Positions 1 through 9,331 are shown, counted from the stretch's first letter. The stretch: 44,868 nt of DNA from an uncultured Deinococcales bacterium (GCA_964244895.1 CAXTKV010000012.1:1-44868), one strand, 5' to 3'. Numbers and translations are program-made. Notes: a model not told the origin generated them from the sequence alone.

Positions 1-258
1 ACCAACACCGTTTTCGAGCGCAACTTGTATTTCAATACGACCGACATCCCGAACAAGGCCGCCGCCGACCTGATCGGCGTCGACCCGAAGTTCGTGCAGG
101 CCAGCACCGACTTTGCTCTGGCGAACTTCCGCCCGCAATCATCCAGCCCCGCGATTGACGCGGCGCTGGCCTCGCAGATGCCCGCAGTTGATCTGGAGGG
201 GCACTCGCGCCCGCAGGGTTCGGCTCCCGATCTGGGCGCGTATGAACTGCTGAAGTAA
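1..258 (+). CDS. C-terminus of a probable secreted beta-helix / choice-of-anchor-Q-type protein (5' partial)
   Basis: Frame 1 is open from base 1. It ends with DPKF...SSPAIDA...DLEGHSRPQGSAPDLGAYE, a typical choice-of-anchor Q C-terminal pattern. Confidence 0.7.
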   Translation, partial: TNTVFERNLYFNTTDIPNKAAADLIGVDPKFVQASTDFALANFRPQSSSPAIDAALASQMPAVDLEGHSRPQGSAPDLGAYELLK

Positions 259-273
259 ACCCAAGCGCGGCAT

Positions 274-333
274 CTCGAGAACACCGTGCTGGACGGTCTT
301 CTTGGAATGCCGAAAACACTGTGCTGGACGGTG
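274..333. repeat. Palindromic intergenic repeat, two tandem units
   Basis: CTCGAGAACACCGTGCTGGACGGTCTT and AACACTGTGCTGGACGGTG between convergent genes; abuts the stop codon at 334. Confidence 0.85.
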
Positions 334-1119
334 CTACGAACTCGCGCTGGTGTAACTGCGCACCGCGTACCGCCAGAACGCCCTCGAGACGCCCAACAGC
401 ACGGCGGCCACCGCGATCCCGGTCAAGGCGCTGGACAGGCTGACGCGCCCGAGCAGCGCCTCCGTCGGGACGGTCGTGATGAACGCCACCGGAACCACGA
501 ACGTGAACAGCAACCGCACCCAACCCGGAAAGGCCGTCACCGGGAACTGACCCGCGCGGTACAGACCCCAGAAGAGTTCCAGCGTGTTCTCCACGCGCAC
601 GAACCAGAAGGCGGTCGTGGCCAGCATGAAGCACAGCGAATACACGATCCCGAACGCGCCCAAGAGCAAAGCCGCGCCCGTCAGCGCGCCCAAAGCCGTG
701 ACCGTGTTCAGTTTGAGTCCCGCGTAAACGATCAAGCCCAGCCCGATCAGCGCGTCCGGCAACCGGAACACGTCCACCTCGCGCATGGAGACCATGAACT
801 GCGCGTCCACGGGTTTCAGGAGCGTGAAATCCATGCTGCCGGTGCGCACGCTCTCCGCGATGCGCCGCAGGTTCGGGTACACCACCATGCCCATCAGCCC
901 GTCCACCAGCGTGAACACGCCGACCAGCGCGGTCGCCTCGAGACGGCTCCAGCCGCCCAGCCCGGAACCATCGCCGAACAGCACGCTCAAGCCCAGGAGC
1001 GCGCCCGCCGAGCGCAGCAGCGATTCGAACAGGTTGACGATAAAGTTCGCGCGGTACTCGAGCCGCGCGGCGATGGAGGCGCCCGCCAGAATCCGCGCCA
1101 GCCTGACGTAACGAATCAC
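334..1119 (-). CDS. ABC-2 type permease (DUF990-like)
   Basis: About 6 TM segments, LEYRANF and GSMDFTLLKPVD motifs; in an operon with a second permease and an ATPase. Confidence 0.9.
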   Translation of the reverse strand: MIRYVRLARILAGASIAARLEYRANFIVNLFESLLRSAGALLGLSVLFGDGSGLGGWSRLEATALVGVFTLVDGLMGMVVYPNLRRIAESVRTGSMDFTLLKPVDAQFMVSMREVDVFRLPDALIGLGLIVYAGLKLNTVTALGALTGAALLLGAFGIVYSLCFMLATTAFWFVRVENTLELFWGLYRAGQFPVTAFPGWVRLLFTFVVPVAFITTVPTEALLGRVSLSSALTGIAVAAVLLGVSRAFWRYAVRSYTSASS

Positions 1120-1143
1120 GCGCTGGCCTCGGCCAGATGATAC

Positions 1144-1225
1144 GAGAACACCGTCCGGGACGCGATGCTCGAGATACCGTCCAGCACGGTGTTCTCGAGC
1201 CGAACACCGTCGAGCGCGGCTCGAG
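1144..1225. repeat. Palindromic intergenic repeat, three units inside the operon
   Basis: GAGAACACCGTCCGGGACGCG, ATACCGTCCAGCACGGTGTTCTCGAG and GAACACCGTCGAGCGCGG. Confidence 0.85.
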
Positions 1226-1255
1226 GATCAATCTCGGGCGCGGGGGTTTTCAAGA

Positions 1256-2098
1256 TCACGCGCCGACCGCCCCATATTTTTTGAGCCCAGCCCGCCACAT
1301 GATCCTGGAAATCACCCAGAACACCACCAGCCAGCCGACCAGCGCCAGCGTCACGCGCAGCACCTCCGGCCAGCTGAGCGCCCCCGTCAGCACGCGCGCC
1401 GGGTAGTAAATGATGTACGGGAACGGCGTCCACTCGATCGCGCTCCGCAACCAGGCGGGGTAAAACTCCAACGGTGCGAAGCTGCCCGCCAGGAAGGTGG
1501 CCAGCACGAAATAAAACTCGTCGAAGGCCGTGGCGTTTTCCAGCCAGAAGCACAGCATCCCGATGCAGTAACCGATCACGAACCGCACCAGGAAGGCCAG
1601 TTGGATCACGCCGATGAACGCCAGAACGTGCCAGACGCTCGGCGTCAGCACCGTGCCCGGAACCAGGAACACGCCCGCCACCACGACTGCGATCACGAAC
1701 GGACCGCGCACGAAACGTTCCGTGAAATGCTGCGCGGCGTACTCCCAGACGGGGTCGAGCGGGCGCAAGAGCTTGATCGAGAAGTTGCCCATCCGGATGG
1801 CGTAGTCCATCTCCCAGGCGACCCACACGACCGTGAACTGCTGCGACAACCAGGCCGCCAGAAAGTACGCCGCGAAATTCTGCGGCGTGAAACCCTGCAG
1901 GTTGCCGCCCGCCGCCTGCGCCTTGCCGATCCAGACGGCCATCATGATCAGCGGCAGCATCCCGACGAGCATCCAGATCACGATCTCCGCGCGGTAGATG
2001 GTCATGTGCGCCAGCCACGCGTTGAACAGCACGCGCGCCTTGCGCCAGGTGCTGGATGCTCGAGCCTGAGGGGTTGAACGCGGCTCGAGGGCGCTCAC
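1256..2098 (-). CDS. ABC-2 type permease (DUF990-like)
   Basis: TIYRAE and IRMGNFSIKLLRPL motifs, multiple TM segments; overlaps the ATPase stop. Confidence 0.9.
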   Translation of the reverse strand: MSALEPRSTPQARASSTWRKARVLFNAWLAHMTIYRAEIVIWMLVGMLPLIMMAVWIGKAQAAGGNLQGFTPQNFAAYFLAAWLSQQFTVVWVAWEMDYAIRMGNFSIKLLRPLDPVWEYAAQHFTERFVRGPFVIAVVVAGVFLVPGTVLTPSVWHVLAFIGVIQLAFLVRFVIGYCIGMLCFWLENATAFDEFYFVLATFLAGSFAPLEFYPAWLRSAIEWTPFPYIIYYPARVLTGALSWPEVLRVTLALVGWLVVFWVISRIMWRAGLKKYGAVGA

Positions 2099-3099
2099 GC
2101 CGCGACCCGTTCGGCTTCGGCGCGCGCGGCGCTCGAGGCGGCGAAGACCTGCCCGATGACTTCCTCAAGGGGTGGGTCCTCGATGGTCACGTCGGCGATG
2201 GGCAGTTCCGCCAGCAACCTGGCGCTGACCCGGCTGACCTCCAATCGCGGCACGAGCAGTTCGGCGTTCAGACCATCGAGGGATTTGACTTCCGCGTAGG
2301 TCTCGAGCACATCGCGCGCAACGGTGTGCTCGAGTTGCAGCTTGACGATCTTCTGGGTGCTCATGCGTTCCACCAGCCCGCCCAGGTCGCCATCGAACAC
2401 GATCCGGCCCTTGTCGATCACGATGATGCGTTTGCACAAGGCCGTCACGTCGGCCATGTAGTGGCTGGTCAGGATCACGGTCGCGTTGACGCGCGCGTTG
2501 TACTCGGCCACGAATTCCCGGATGCGAACCTGCATGTTGACATCCAGCCCGATGGTCGGTTCGTCCAGGAAGAGCGTGCGCGGCTTGTGCAGGAGCGCCG
2601 CCGCCAGCTCGCACTTCATGCGTTCGCCCAATGACAACTTGCGAACCTGTTTGTTCAGCACGCCGTCCAGTTCCAGGATCTCGGTGAATTCCTTCATGGT
2701 GGCTTTGAAATCCGCATCGCTGATCTCGTAGATCGCTTGATTGACCAGAAAGCTGTCCATGGCGGGCAGATCCCAGATCAGTTGCTGCTTCTGGCCCATC
2801 ACCAGCGTGATGGATCGCAAGAAATTCGTGCGCCGCTCGAAGGGCGTGAAGCCCTCGACCCGCGCCGTTCCCGCCGTGGGGTGCAACAAGCCCGAAAGCA
2901 TCTTTAGCGTGGTCGTCTTGCCCGCCCCGTTCGGCCCCAGGAAGCCCACGATCTCGCCGGGCGCGATGCTGAACGACACGCCATCCACGGCCTTGACGGT
3001 CTTGGTGCGGCGCACGAAAAAGGATTTGACGGAACCGGCGAACCCGGCGTCTTTTTCGGCGACCGTGTAGTGCTTGTGGAGGTTTTGAACGTCAATCAT
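2095..3099 (-). CDS. ABC exporter ATP-binding protein
   Basis: Walker A GPNGAGKT, LSLGE signature, LFLDEPT. Start trimmed to the ATG at 3099 (MIDVQNL). Confidence 0.93.
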   Translation of the reverse strand: MIDVQNLHKHYTVAEKDAGFAGSVKSFFVRRTKTVKAVDGVSFSIAPGEIVGFLGPNGAGKTTTLKMLSGLLHPTAGTARVEGFTPFERRTNFLRSITLVMGQKQQLIWDLPAMDSFLVNQAIYEISDADFKATMKEFTEILELDGVLNKQVRKLSLGERMKCELAAALLHKPRTLFLDEPTIGLDVNMQVRIREFVAEYNARVNATVILTSHYMADVTALCKRIIVIDKGRIVFDGDLGGLVERMSTQKIVKLQLEHTVARDVLETYAEVKSLDGLNAELLVPRLEVSRVSARLLAELPIADVTIEDPPLEEVIGQVFAASSAARAEAERVAA

Positions 3100-3185
3100 T
3101 CGTCCCGAGCGTACCCGAGTTGCGGTTTGGCGCGATATACGCACACTGGCTTGCGGCACGGGTTTCTCGAGCCTCGGGCTTTCGG

Positions 3186-3233
3186 GAACACCGTCTGGTA
3201 CACGTTTCAGGTTTTGCGTGCTGGACGGTGTTC
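3186..3233. repeat. Palindromic repeat doublet
   Basis: GAACACCGTCTGGTACACG-tttcaggttttg-CGTGCTGGACGGTGTTC. Confidence 0.9.
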
Positions 3234-3252
3234 TCGGGTGGGTCGAGTCCGC

Positions 3253-3603
3253 CTAACCCTGAGCGTGCTGGTTGATCTGCACCAGCAACCCGTCCGGGTC
3301 GCGCAGGCGGATCGAACGACCGAAGGATTCGTCCGCGATCTCGCGCTCGAGCGGAATCCGGGCGCGCCCCAGGCGCTCGGTCACGGCCTCGAGGCTTTCG
3401 TCGGTAGCGATGCAGACGTGCAACCGTTCGGGGTCGTGGGGCCGAAGGTTCTCGGTTCGGTGCAGCCCCAGGAAAGCCTCGCCGCACCAGAGTTCCGCCC
3501 ACATTCGGCTCGGCGCTCGAGGCCCGAGCTTCAGGCCGAGCGTCCGGTAGAATTCTACGGCGCGTTCCACGTCGCTGACGGACAGGATCAGTTCAACCCT
3601 CAT
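3253..3603 (-). CDS. VOC/glyoxalase family protein
   Basis: VSDVERAVEFY and FGRSIRLRDPDG motifs. Confidence 0.9.
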   Translation of the reverse strand: MRVELILSVSDVERAVEFYRTLGLKLGPRAPSRMWAELWCGEAFLGLHRTENLRPHDPERLHVCIATDESLEAVTERLGRARIPLEREIADESFGRSIRLRDPDGLLVQINQHAQG

Positions 3604-3788
3604 GATTTGCCCTTTCTGTTGGCTTTCTGCGGCGACCTGGTCTCGGGCTGCGCTGGCTCGAGGTAGGCGCGGAGGGCGCGCTCTACAAATTCAGAGAGCG
3701 AGACGCAGGCGTCAATCGCCTCGTGCTTGACCTCGATGATCAGTTCGCGCGGCAGGTAAACGTTGAATTGCTGCTTCTCGTCGGGCAT
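3600..3788 (-). CDS. Ribbon-helix-helix (CopG-like) DNA-binding protein
   Basis: QFNVYLP beta ribbon followed by two helices (SLSEFVERALRAYL); ATGA overlap with the VOC gene. Confidence 0.8.
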   Translation of the reverse strand: MPDEKQQFNVYLPRELIIEVKHEAIDACVSLSEFVERALRAYLEPAQPETRSPQKANRKGKS

Positions 3789-3855
3789 CAGGAATCATCA
3801 CACGGGTTGAAGCTGGCCTCGGACGCTCGCCGGCGCGCCTCGAGCTCTGGAATCG

Positions 3856-4422
3856 TCACTCGCGCCCTCCCGCCCGACGCAGGGTCTCGGCGATCTCGGG
3901 GTGGTTCATGGCGATGGCCACCTGAAGGGGCGTGCGGCCCCGGTGGTCGGGCGCGTTGAGGTCGCCGACGCGCGCCAGCAACCAGTCCGTCATCTCGAGA
4001 TGGTTTTTCATGACGGCGGCGTGCAGGGCGTGATCGGGCACGTCGGCGCCGTGGGCGACGATCAATTCCGCGATCTCGGGTTTGCCCGATAGGGCCGCGT
4101 GAAACATCAACGAGATCCCGTGAACGCCGGGTTTTGCGGCCAGGCCGGGATCGACCTCGAGGAAACGCCCGACCTCCTCGGTGCGGCCAAGCATCGCCGC
4201 GGCAAAAATCTGCAACGGTGCGCCCGCCTCGAGGAGCATATCGGCGATGTCTGCGCGCCCGACGTGTCCGGCGGCCTCGAGCGCCGTCTCGTCGAACCTC
4301 TGAAACGACTGGTTCAGCAACCCAGGTTCCTGCGCCAGCAGGATCTCGACTTTCTCCAGGTCGCCGTGTGCGGCGAAGACGAATTGCTCGATCAGGGCGG
4401 GGTCTACGGGTAACGTCGCCAT
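3856..4422 (-). CDS. Ankyrin repeat protein
   Basis: AAHGDLEKV, TALEAAGHVG, ALHAAV and GRTPLQVA repeats; AAGGAGG SD upstream. Confidence 0.88.
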   Translation of the reverse strand: MATLPVDPALIEQFVFAAHGDLEKVEILLAQEPGLLNQSFQRFDETALEAAGHVGRADIADMLLEAGAPLQIFAAAMLGRTEEVGRFLEVDPGLAAKPGVHGISLMFHAALSGKPEIAELIVAHGADVPDHALHAAVMKNHLEMTDWLLARVGDLNAPDHRGRTPLQVAIAMNHPEIAETLRRAGGRE

Positions 4423-4442
4423 TTCGCGCCTCCTTAAACTCT

Positions 4443-4460
4443 TAGAATGCTAGCATTCTA
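4443..4460. promoter_or_regulatory. Perfect 18-bp palindrome containing TAGAAT -10 boxes on both strands; candidate operator
   Basis: TAGAATGCTAGCATTCTA in a divergent intergenic region. Confidence 0.55.
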
Positions 4461-4521
4461 GCCGCGAATGTTCAAATCCGGTTCCTCCAGACCCAGCCCC
4501 AATGGATTCGCGAATCCCAAA

Positions 4522-4567
4522 AAGACCGTCTGGAGCGCAAATCGCGAGTGCCGTCCCGCACGGTGTT
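4522..4567. repeat. Degenerate palindromic repeat doublet
   Basis: AAGACCGTCTGGAGCGC...GCCGTCCCGCACGGTGTT. Confidence 0.7.
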
Positions 4568-4623
4568 TTCGGGCACAACCTCGGAACCTGGGCGGGCTGG
4601 TGGGCGTGTTAACCTGACAACTC

Positions 4624-6306
4624 ATGACCGAGGCCAGCCTCAACAACCTGCTCAGCGCACCCAGGGCCAACACCGTGCTGCTGGCGGGCGATATCTCCCC
4701 GGCGGAACTCGCACGGCACGCGGTCGGGCTGGCGAACGCCAAGGGTGGCACGCTGGTGGTGGGCGTGGATCGGGACGGCAAGCTCGAGGGCGCGCAGGAT
4801 CTGCACCCGCTGCAACTGACGCACGCGGTCTTTGAACTGACCCACGGACGGCTGACCGTCCATTGCGCCTCGAACACCCTGGAAGGCAAGCCCCTGCTGG
4901 TGGTCAGCGTGCCCAAGAGCCCGTTCGTGCTGGCCACGCCCCAGGGCGAGGTGCTGCACTGGAACGGGCGGACGCTCGAGCCGTTGGGTGCAGCCGAATC
5001 CGAGCCGATGCCGGAGCCGGATTTCACGGCGATGGTGCCGCCGACCAGCAGCCTGTCTGACCTCGATCCGTTGGAGGTTCACCGCCTGCGCAGCGTCCTG
5101 GGCACGCGGCGCGGCGCGCAACTGGCGGAATTACCGGATCTGGATTTGCTGCGCGCGGTCGGGCTTCTGGAGGGCGAGCAACCCAACCTGGCGGGCATCC
5201 TGCTGGCGGGCACGGCGCGGGCCTTACAGCGCTACGTGCCGCAGTCCGAACTGGATTTTTATCACCACGCCACGCCCGACCTGGAATTCGAGTTCCGCGA
5301 GACGATCCAGAAACCCTTGCCCGCGCTGCTGGAACGCCTGCGCGAGTTGATTCAGGCGCGCAACCAGTACAAGTCCTTGCAGGTCGGTTTGTTCCGCATT
5401 GAGGTCTGGGATTTCGACGAGGTCGTCTACCGCGAGGCGATCTTGAACGCGCTGGTGCACCGCGATTACACCTCGCGGGACACGGTGCAGATTCACCACC
5501 ACCCGGATCGGCTGGAAATTTCCAACCCCGGTTCCTTCGCGGGCGGCGTCAGCCCGGAGAACATCCTGCGGCACGCACCCAAACGCCGCAACCCCGTGCT
5601 GGCCGAGGCGCTGGCCAGGTTGGGTTACATCGAACGCGCGGGCATCGGTGTGGATCGCATGTACCGGCTTTTGCTGCAGCACGGCAAGGAACCGCCCGAG
5701 TACACGTCGTACCCGGATTCGGTGGTGTTGACGCTGCGCAACCCGGAATTCGACGAGGGTTTCGCGCGCTTCGTGGCCCGCAAGCAAGAAGAGATCGGTG
5801 CGCTGACGCTCGACACGCTGATCGTGCTGGCCAACCTCAAGCGCGAACGTCAGGCCGACAGGGACGCGCTCTCTCGAGCCTTGCAGCTCGCGCCGGACAA
5901 ATTGCCCCGGCTGCTGCGTCCGCTCGAGGACGCTGGACTGATCGCACGGCAGCAGGACACGTGGACGCTGTCACCGGAGGCCATCGCCGCCATCGGCGTA
6001 TCATCGCGCGCCGCCATCGGCGTGTCATCGCGCGCTGGCGTTCGGCCTCGAATCGTTTCGCCAAGCGAGCCCAGTGCCCGAAACCAGCCGCCAGCCGCGC
6101 AGACGGCGCGTCAGGCGCGCGCAGCCTTGCGCCAGTCGGTGCTGAAGATGGTCGAGCAGGCGGGTTCCGTCGCCAACCGCGACGTTCGGGCTGCGTTCGG
6201 GTTGACGCTCAACGGCGCGAGCCACCTGTTGCGCGCCATGGTGCGCGAGGGCTGGTTGAACCGCACCGGGCTGACCCCGAAAGAAACCCGTTACGAGAAA
6301 GCATGA
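4624..6306 (+). CDS. AlbA_2 (Schlafen-like) + HATPase_c_4 + wHTH protein
   Basis: LANAKGGTLVVGVD (AlbA_2), REAILNALVHRDY, ISNPG, RRNPVLA, IERAGIGVDRM; C-terminal winged HTH. Confidence 0.88.
   Translation: MTEASLNNLLSAPRANTVLLAGDISPAELARHAVGLANAKGGTLVVGVDRDGKLEGAQDLHPLQLTHAVFELTHGRLTVHCASNTLEGKPLLVVSVPKSPFVLATPQGEVLHWNGRTLEPLGAAESEPMPEPDFTAMVPPTSSLSDLDPLEVHRLRSVLGTRRGAQLAELPDLDLLRAVGLLEGEQPNLAGILLAGTARALQRYVPQSELDFYHHATPDLEFEFRETIQKPLPALLERLRELIQARNQYKSLQVGLFRIEVWDFDEVVYREAILNALVHRDYTSRDTVQIHHHPDRLEISNPGSFAGGVSPENILRHAPKRRNPVLAEALARLGYIERAGIGVDRMYRLLLQHGKEPPEYTSYPDSVVLTLRNPEFDEGFARFVARKQEEIGALTLDTLIVLANLKRERQADRDALSRALQLAPDKLPRLLRPLEDAGLIARQQDTWTLSPEAIAAIGVSSRAAIGVSSRAGVRPRIVSPSEPSARNQPPAAQTARQARAALRQSVLKMVEQAGSVANRDVRAAFGLTLNGASHLLRAMVREGWLNRTGLTPKETRYEKA
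5986..6033 (+). repeat. In-frame 24-bp tandem duplication (AAIGVSSR x2)
   Basis: GCCGCCATCGGCGT[A/G]TCATCGCGC twice, one mismatch. Confidence 0.9.
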
Positions 6307-6308
6307 AA

Positions 6309-6329
6309 AACACCGTCCAGGACGGTGTT
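6309..6329. repeat. Single perfect palindromic unit
   Basis: AACACCGTCC-A-GGACGGTGTT, 2 nt after the stop codon, between convergent genes. Confidence 0.92.
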
Positions 6330-6358
6330 CATGTCGCGCGATAAAAACTGTTTCGGCG

Positions 6359-7012
6359 TTAGGCCTCGTCGGTTTCCGCATCCGCCGCGCTGCTGACGAG
6401 CGGCGCGTCCTCGCCCGCGAGTTCGGACAGGAAATCCGTCAGGGCGGGATCGGGGGCCGCTGGGCTCGATCCGTTCGGTGCGGCCTTCGCCTGGGATTTG
6501 GTCGCGCCTGCCGGATTGCCGGTGGGCGGCGTGACGCGCCCCATCGAGATTTCCATGCGGTTGCGCGGTTTGTTGCTGACTTCCGGCTGCGTCTGCGTGA
6601 TCGGCAGCAGGCGCAACTGCACGGGCGTCGGAATGAACAGGGCCACGAAGGTGTAACGCTGGGTTTTGGTGGCCGAATAAATGTATTTGTGGTTTCTCGA
6701 GTCCACGTAGACGGGTTTCAAGTACACGATCTCGAAGCGGATGCCGTTGGCCACCAGGTATTGCTTGACGTTTTCCAGGGAAATGTTGTCCTGGTCTTCG
6801 GTGGCGCGCACCGTGAAATGCCCGATGGCCACCCAGACCGCGCCCGGACGCACTGCGCCCTGGTTGCGTTTGCCCTGCCGTCGGCGTTCGGGAAAATTTA
6901 GATTTGCCGACGCTTTAGGCTGGCGACGTTCGGGATGAACCGTGGTGATCCACCCTTCCACGATCGGATGGGTTTCCCCGACACCTTCCAGACGACCGCG
7001 ACTGAGATCCAT
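6359..7012 (-). CDS. Hypothetical protein (217 aa)
   Basis: AGGAG SD before the ATG at 7012, plausible globular core and low-complexity tail; no family recognised. Confidence 0.7.
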   Translation of the reverse strand: MDLSRGRLEGVGETHPIVEGWITTVHPERRQPKASANLNFPERRRQGKRNQGAVRPGAVWVAIGHFTVRATEDQDNISLENVKQYLVANGIRFEIVYLKPVYVDSRNHKYIYSATKTQRYTFVALFIPTPVQLRLLPITQTQPEVSNKPRNRMEISMGRVTPPTGNPAGATKSQAKAAPNGSSPAAPDPALTDFLSELAGEDAPLVSSAADAETDEA

Positions 7013-7238
7013 GCACTCCTCGAGCCTTCCCTGAGTGGACGGTGCAGGAACCGGGCTGCACCGAATGGAGATCAGTATACGCTTTTCGTGATTTTCAATT
7101 CGCTGGCCTGACCAATTTGGGGCTGGACACGGTGCGAACCCAGACCATCCCGGTGGGTGAGTACGATGGGCGCATGGAGCAGGTTCAGCCCCCGAAGCGC
7201 TGGTTTTTCTCGAGCTGGCAGGCCAGAGCCTGGGGCTG

Positions 7239-7286
7239 GCCGTGCTGGACGGCGTTTGCAAAGAAAAAGCTGTCCAGTGCGCTGTT
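7239..7286. repeat. Degenerate palindromic repeat units
   Basis: GCCGT-GCTGG-ACGGCGTT followed by GCTGTCCAGTGCGCTGTT. Confidence 0.6.
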
Positions 7287-7313
7287 TATTCGTATCCTTC
7301 CTCGGGTCGCCGT

Positions 7314-8333
7314 GTGATTCCCGCCAGCCTTCAGGTCGCGCTCGCGCTCGAGTCGGTCAGCTTGACGTACCCCGGTGCGAGCGGTAGGGCGGTCGATTCG
7401 GTCAGCCTGAGCCTGAACCCCGCACAGACGCTGGCGATCCTGGGGCCGTCCGGGTGCGGCAAGTCCACGCTCTTGCGGATCGCGGCGGGGCTCGAGACGC
7501 CCGACGCGGGCCGCGTGCGGATCAAAAGCCGGGATGTCACCCGAGAACCGCCGGAGCGTCGCGGGGTGGGGTTGGTGTTTCAGGATTACGCGCTCTGGGG
7601 GCAGCGGAATGTCTTCGGGAACGTGGCCTACGGGCTTGAGGAACAGCGCCTGCCGCGCCCAGAAATATCGCGCCGGGTCGAGGGGGCGCTCGAGCGCGTC
7701 AACCTGGCTGGCTACGGGTCGCGCCAGATTTCAGCCCTGTCCGGAGGTGAGCGCCAGCGCGTGGCCCTGGCCCGAGCCCTCGCGCCGGAACCGGCGTTGC
7801 TGCTGCTGGACGAACCGCTCTCCAACCTCGACGAGCGCCTTCGGGACGAACTGCGCCTCGAGTTGCGCGGGCTGTTCGGTTCGCTCGGGCTGGGCGTGGT
7901 GTTCGTCACGCACGACCAGCGCGAGGCGTTCGCGTTGTCACACCGCGTGGCCGTGATGCGCGCGGGTCGGGTCGTGCAGGTCGGCGATCCGATGGATGTT
8001 TTCGATGCGCCCGCCGATGTCTGGACGGCGCGCTTTCTGGGTCACACCAACCTGCTTTCGTCCGGTGATGCCGAGCGCCTGGGGCTGGCGTGCGCACCGG
8101 GTCAGCGCCTGCTCGTGCCGGAACGCGCCATCATCGTCCAAGACGATGATGGCGCGCTGGACGGTGCTCTCGAGGGGAACGCCACCAGCTCGATCTTCGA
8201 GGGTCGCTCGAGCCGCATCGCGTTGAACCTGCGCGGCGTCCAGCTGGAATTCGATCACCCGCGCCCGCTCGAGCCCGGTACGGTCGTCGCCGTCAGGCTC
8301 GAGACTGCGGCCATCAGGGCGGTTCCCGAATGA
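7314..8333 (+). CDS. ABC importer ATP-binding protein (ThiQ/FbpC/PotA-like) with TOBE-like C-terminus
   Basis: GPSGCGKST, VFQDYAL, LSGGERQR, LLLDEPLS; coupled to thiN. Start (GTG 7314) is approximate. Confidence 0.85.
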   Translation: MIPASLQVALALESVSLTYPGASGRAVDSVSLSLNPAQTLAILGPSGCGKSTLLRIAAGLETPDAGRVRIKSRDVTREPPERRGVGLVFQDYALWGQRNVFGNVAYGLEEQRLPRPEISRRVEGALERVNLAGYGSRQISALSGGERQRVALARALAPEPALLLLDEPLSNLDERLRDELRLELRGLFGSLGLGVVFVTHDQREAFALSHRVAVMRAGRVVQVGDPMDVFDAPADVWTARFLGHTNLLSSGDAERLGLACAPGQRLLVPERAIIVQDDDGALDGALEGNATSSIFEGRSSRIALNLRGVQLEFDHPRPLEPGTVVAVRLETAAIRAVPE

Positions 8334-8965
8334 TGGCGCTGATTCTGGCCGGAGGGCGGCTCGAGGTCACGCCCCGCGTCCTGGAACGCGTCGGGGAAGC
8401 CAGCCTGGTGATCGCCGCCGACGGGGGCGCGCGCCACGCCGACGCGATTCACCGCCGGATCGACCTGTGGGTCGGGGATTTCGACTCGAGCGACGCGCAA
8501 CTGATGGCGCGCTGGGCAAACGCGCCGCGCCAGACGCACCCGGTCGATAAAGCCCAGGTGGACACGGAACTCGCGCTTCAGGCGGCCAGAGAACGCGGTG
8601 CGACGCGCGCGCTGATCCTCGGCGCGTTCGGCGGGCGTTTCGACCACACGCTCGCCATCGCCACCATCGCCGTCAGGAACGCGCTTTCCGGCTTCCCGGT
8701 CGCCCTGGAAAGCGGCGACGAGGCCGCCTGGGTGCTGACGCCGGATCAACCCCTCTGGCTCGAGCTTCAGCCCGACCAGACCTTCAGCGTGATCTCGCTC
8801 GAGCCGGTATCGGTCGTCAGCGTGGGCGGCGCGCGCTGGCCGCTCGAACGCGCCGAATTGTCGTGGGGGACGGGATTGGGCGTCTCCAACCGGGCGCTCG
8901 GGCGCGTGACGATCGAACTCGAGCGCGGCTCGGCCCTGGTGATCGTGCAGTACGGGGCGATCTGA
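8330..8965 (+). CDS. thiN: Thiamine diphosphokinase
   Basis: AADGGA, GDFDS, DK..DTELAL, GGRFDH and LGVSN motifs. Confidence 0.92.
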   Translation: MMALILAGGRLEVTPRVLERVGEASLVIAADGGARHADAIHRRIDLWVGDFDSSDAQLMARWANAPRQTHPVDKAQVDTELALQAARERGATRALILGAFGGRFDHTLAIATIAVRNALSGFPVALESGDEAAWVLTPDQPLWLELQPDQTFSVISLEPVSVVSVGGARWPLERAELSWGTGLGVSNRALGRVTIELERGSALVIVQYGAI

Positions 8966-9007
8966 AAGCGTGCTGACGAAGTCTCGAGGAATGTCAGCCA
9001 GGGTAGC

Positions 9008-9100
9008 GAAGGTAAAAGGCGAAAGGGAGACCATCAGACGGGCGACGCATTGGAACGCTTGGCTTTCACTTTTTCCTTTTGACTTTCAGCTTTTACCTTC
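9008..9100. repeat. Inverted heptamer tandem arrays
   Basis: GAAGGTAAAAGGCGAAAG can pair with the CTTTCA/CTTTTTC/CTTTTGA/CTTTCAG/CTTTTAC/CTTC array. Confidence 0.6.
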
Positions 9101-9130
9101 ATCGGCGCGTTCTGGGGGAATCAATCGCAG

Positions 9131-9183
9131 GAACACCGTCCAGCACGCGTTTCCTGATATGCGTGCTGGACGGTGTTCTCGAG
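9131..9183. repeat. Canonical palindromic repeat doublet
   Basis: GAACACCGTCCAGCACGC-gtttcctgatat-GCGTGCTGGACGGTGTTC-TCGAG; perfect 18-bp arms. Confidence 0.95.
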
Positions 9184-9331
9184 GATGAGCTTCAAATCCC
9201 CGCCCGAAACGGGTTGCTCCTGATCCGCTGTGTCGTCGGCGTTCGAGTCGTCGCGTCTCGAGCGCATACGGCTCGATTTGTGGTCGCGTGGCTGACGGTG
9301 CAATCCCGACGGAAGTGTTGGAATACCGCGC

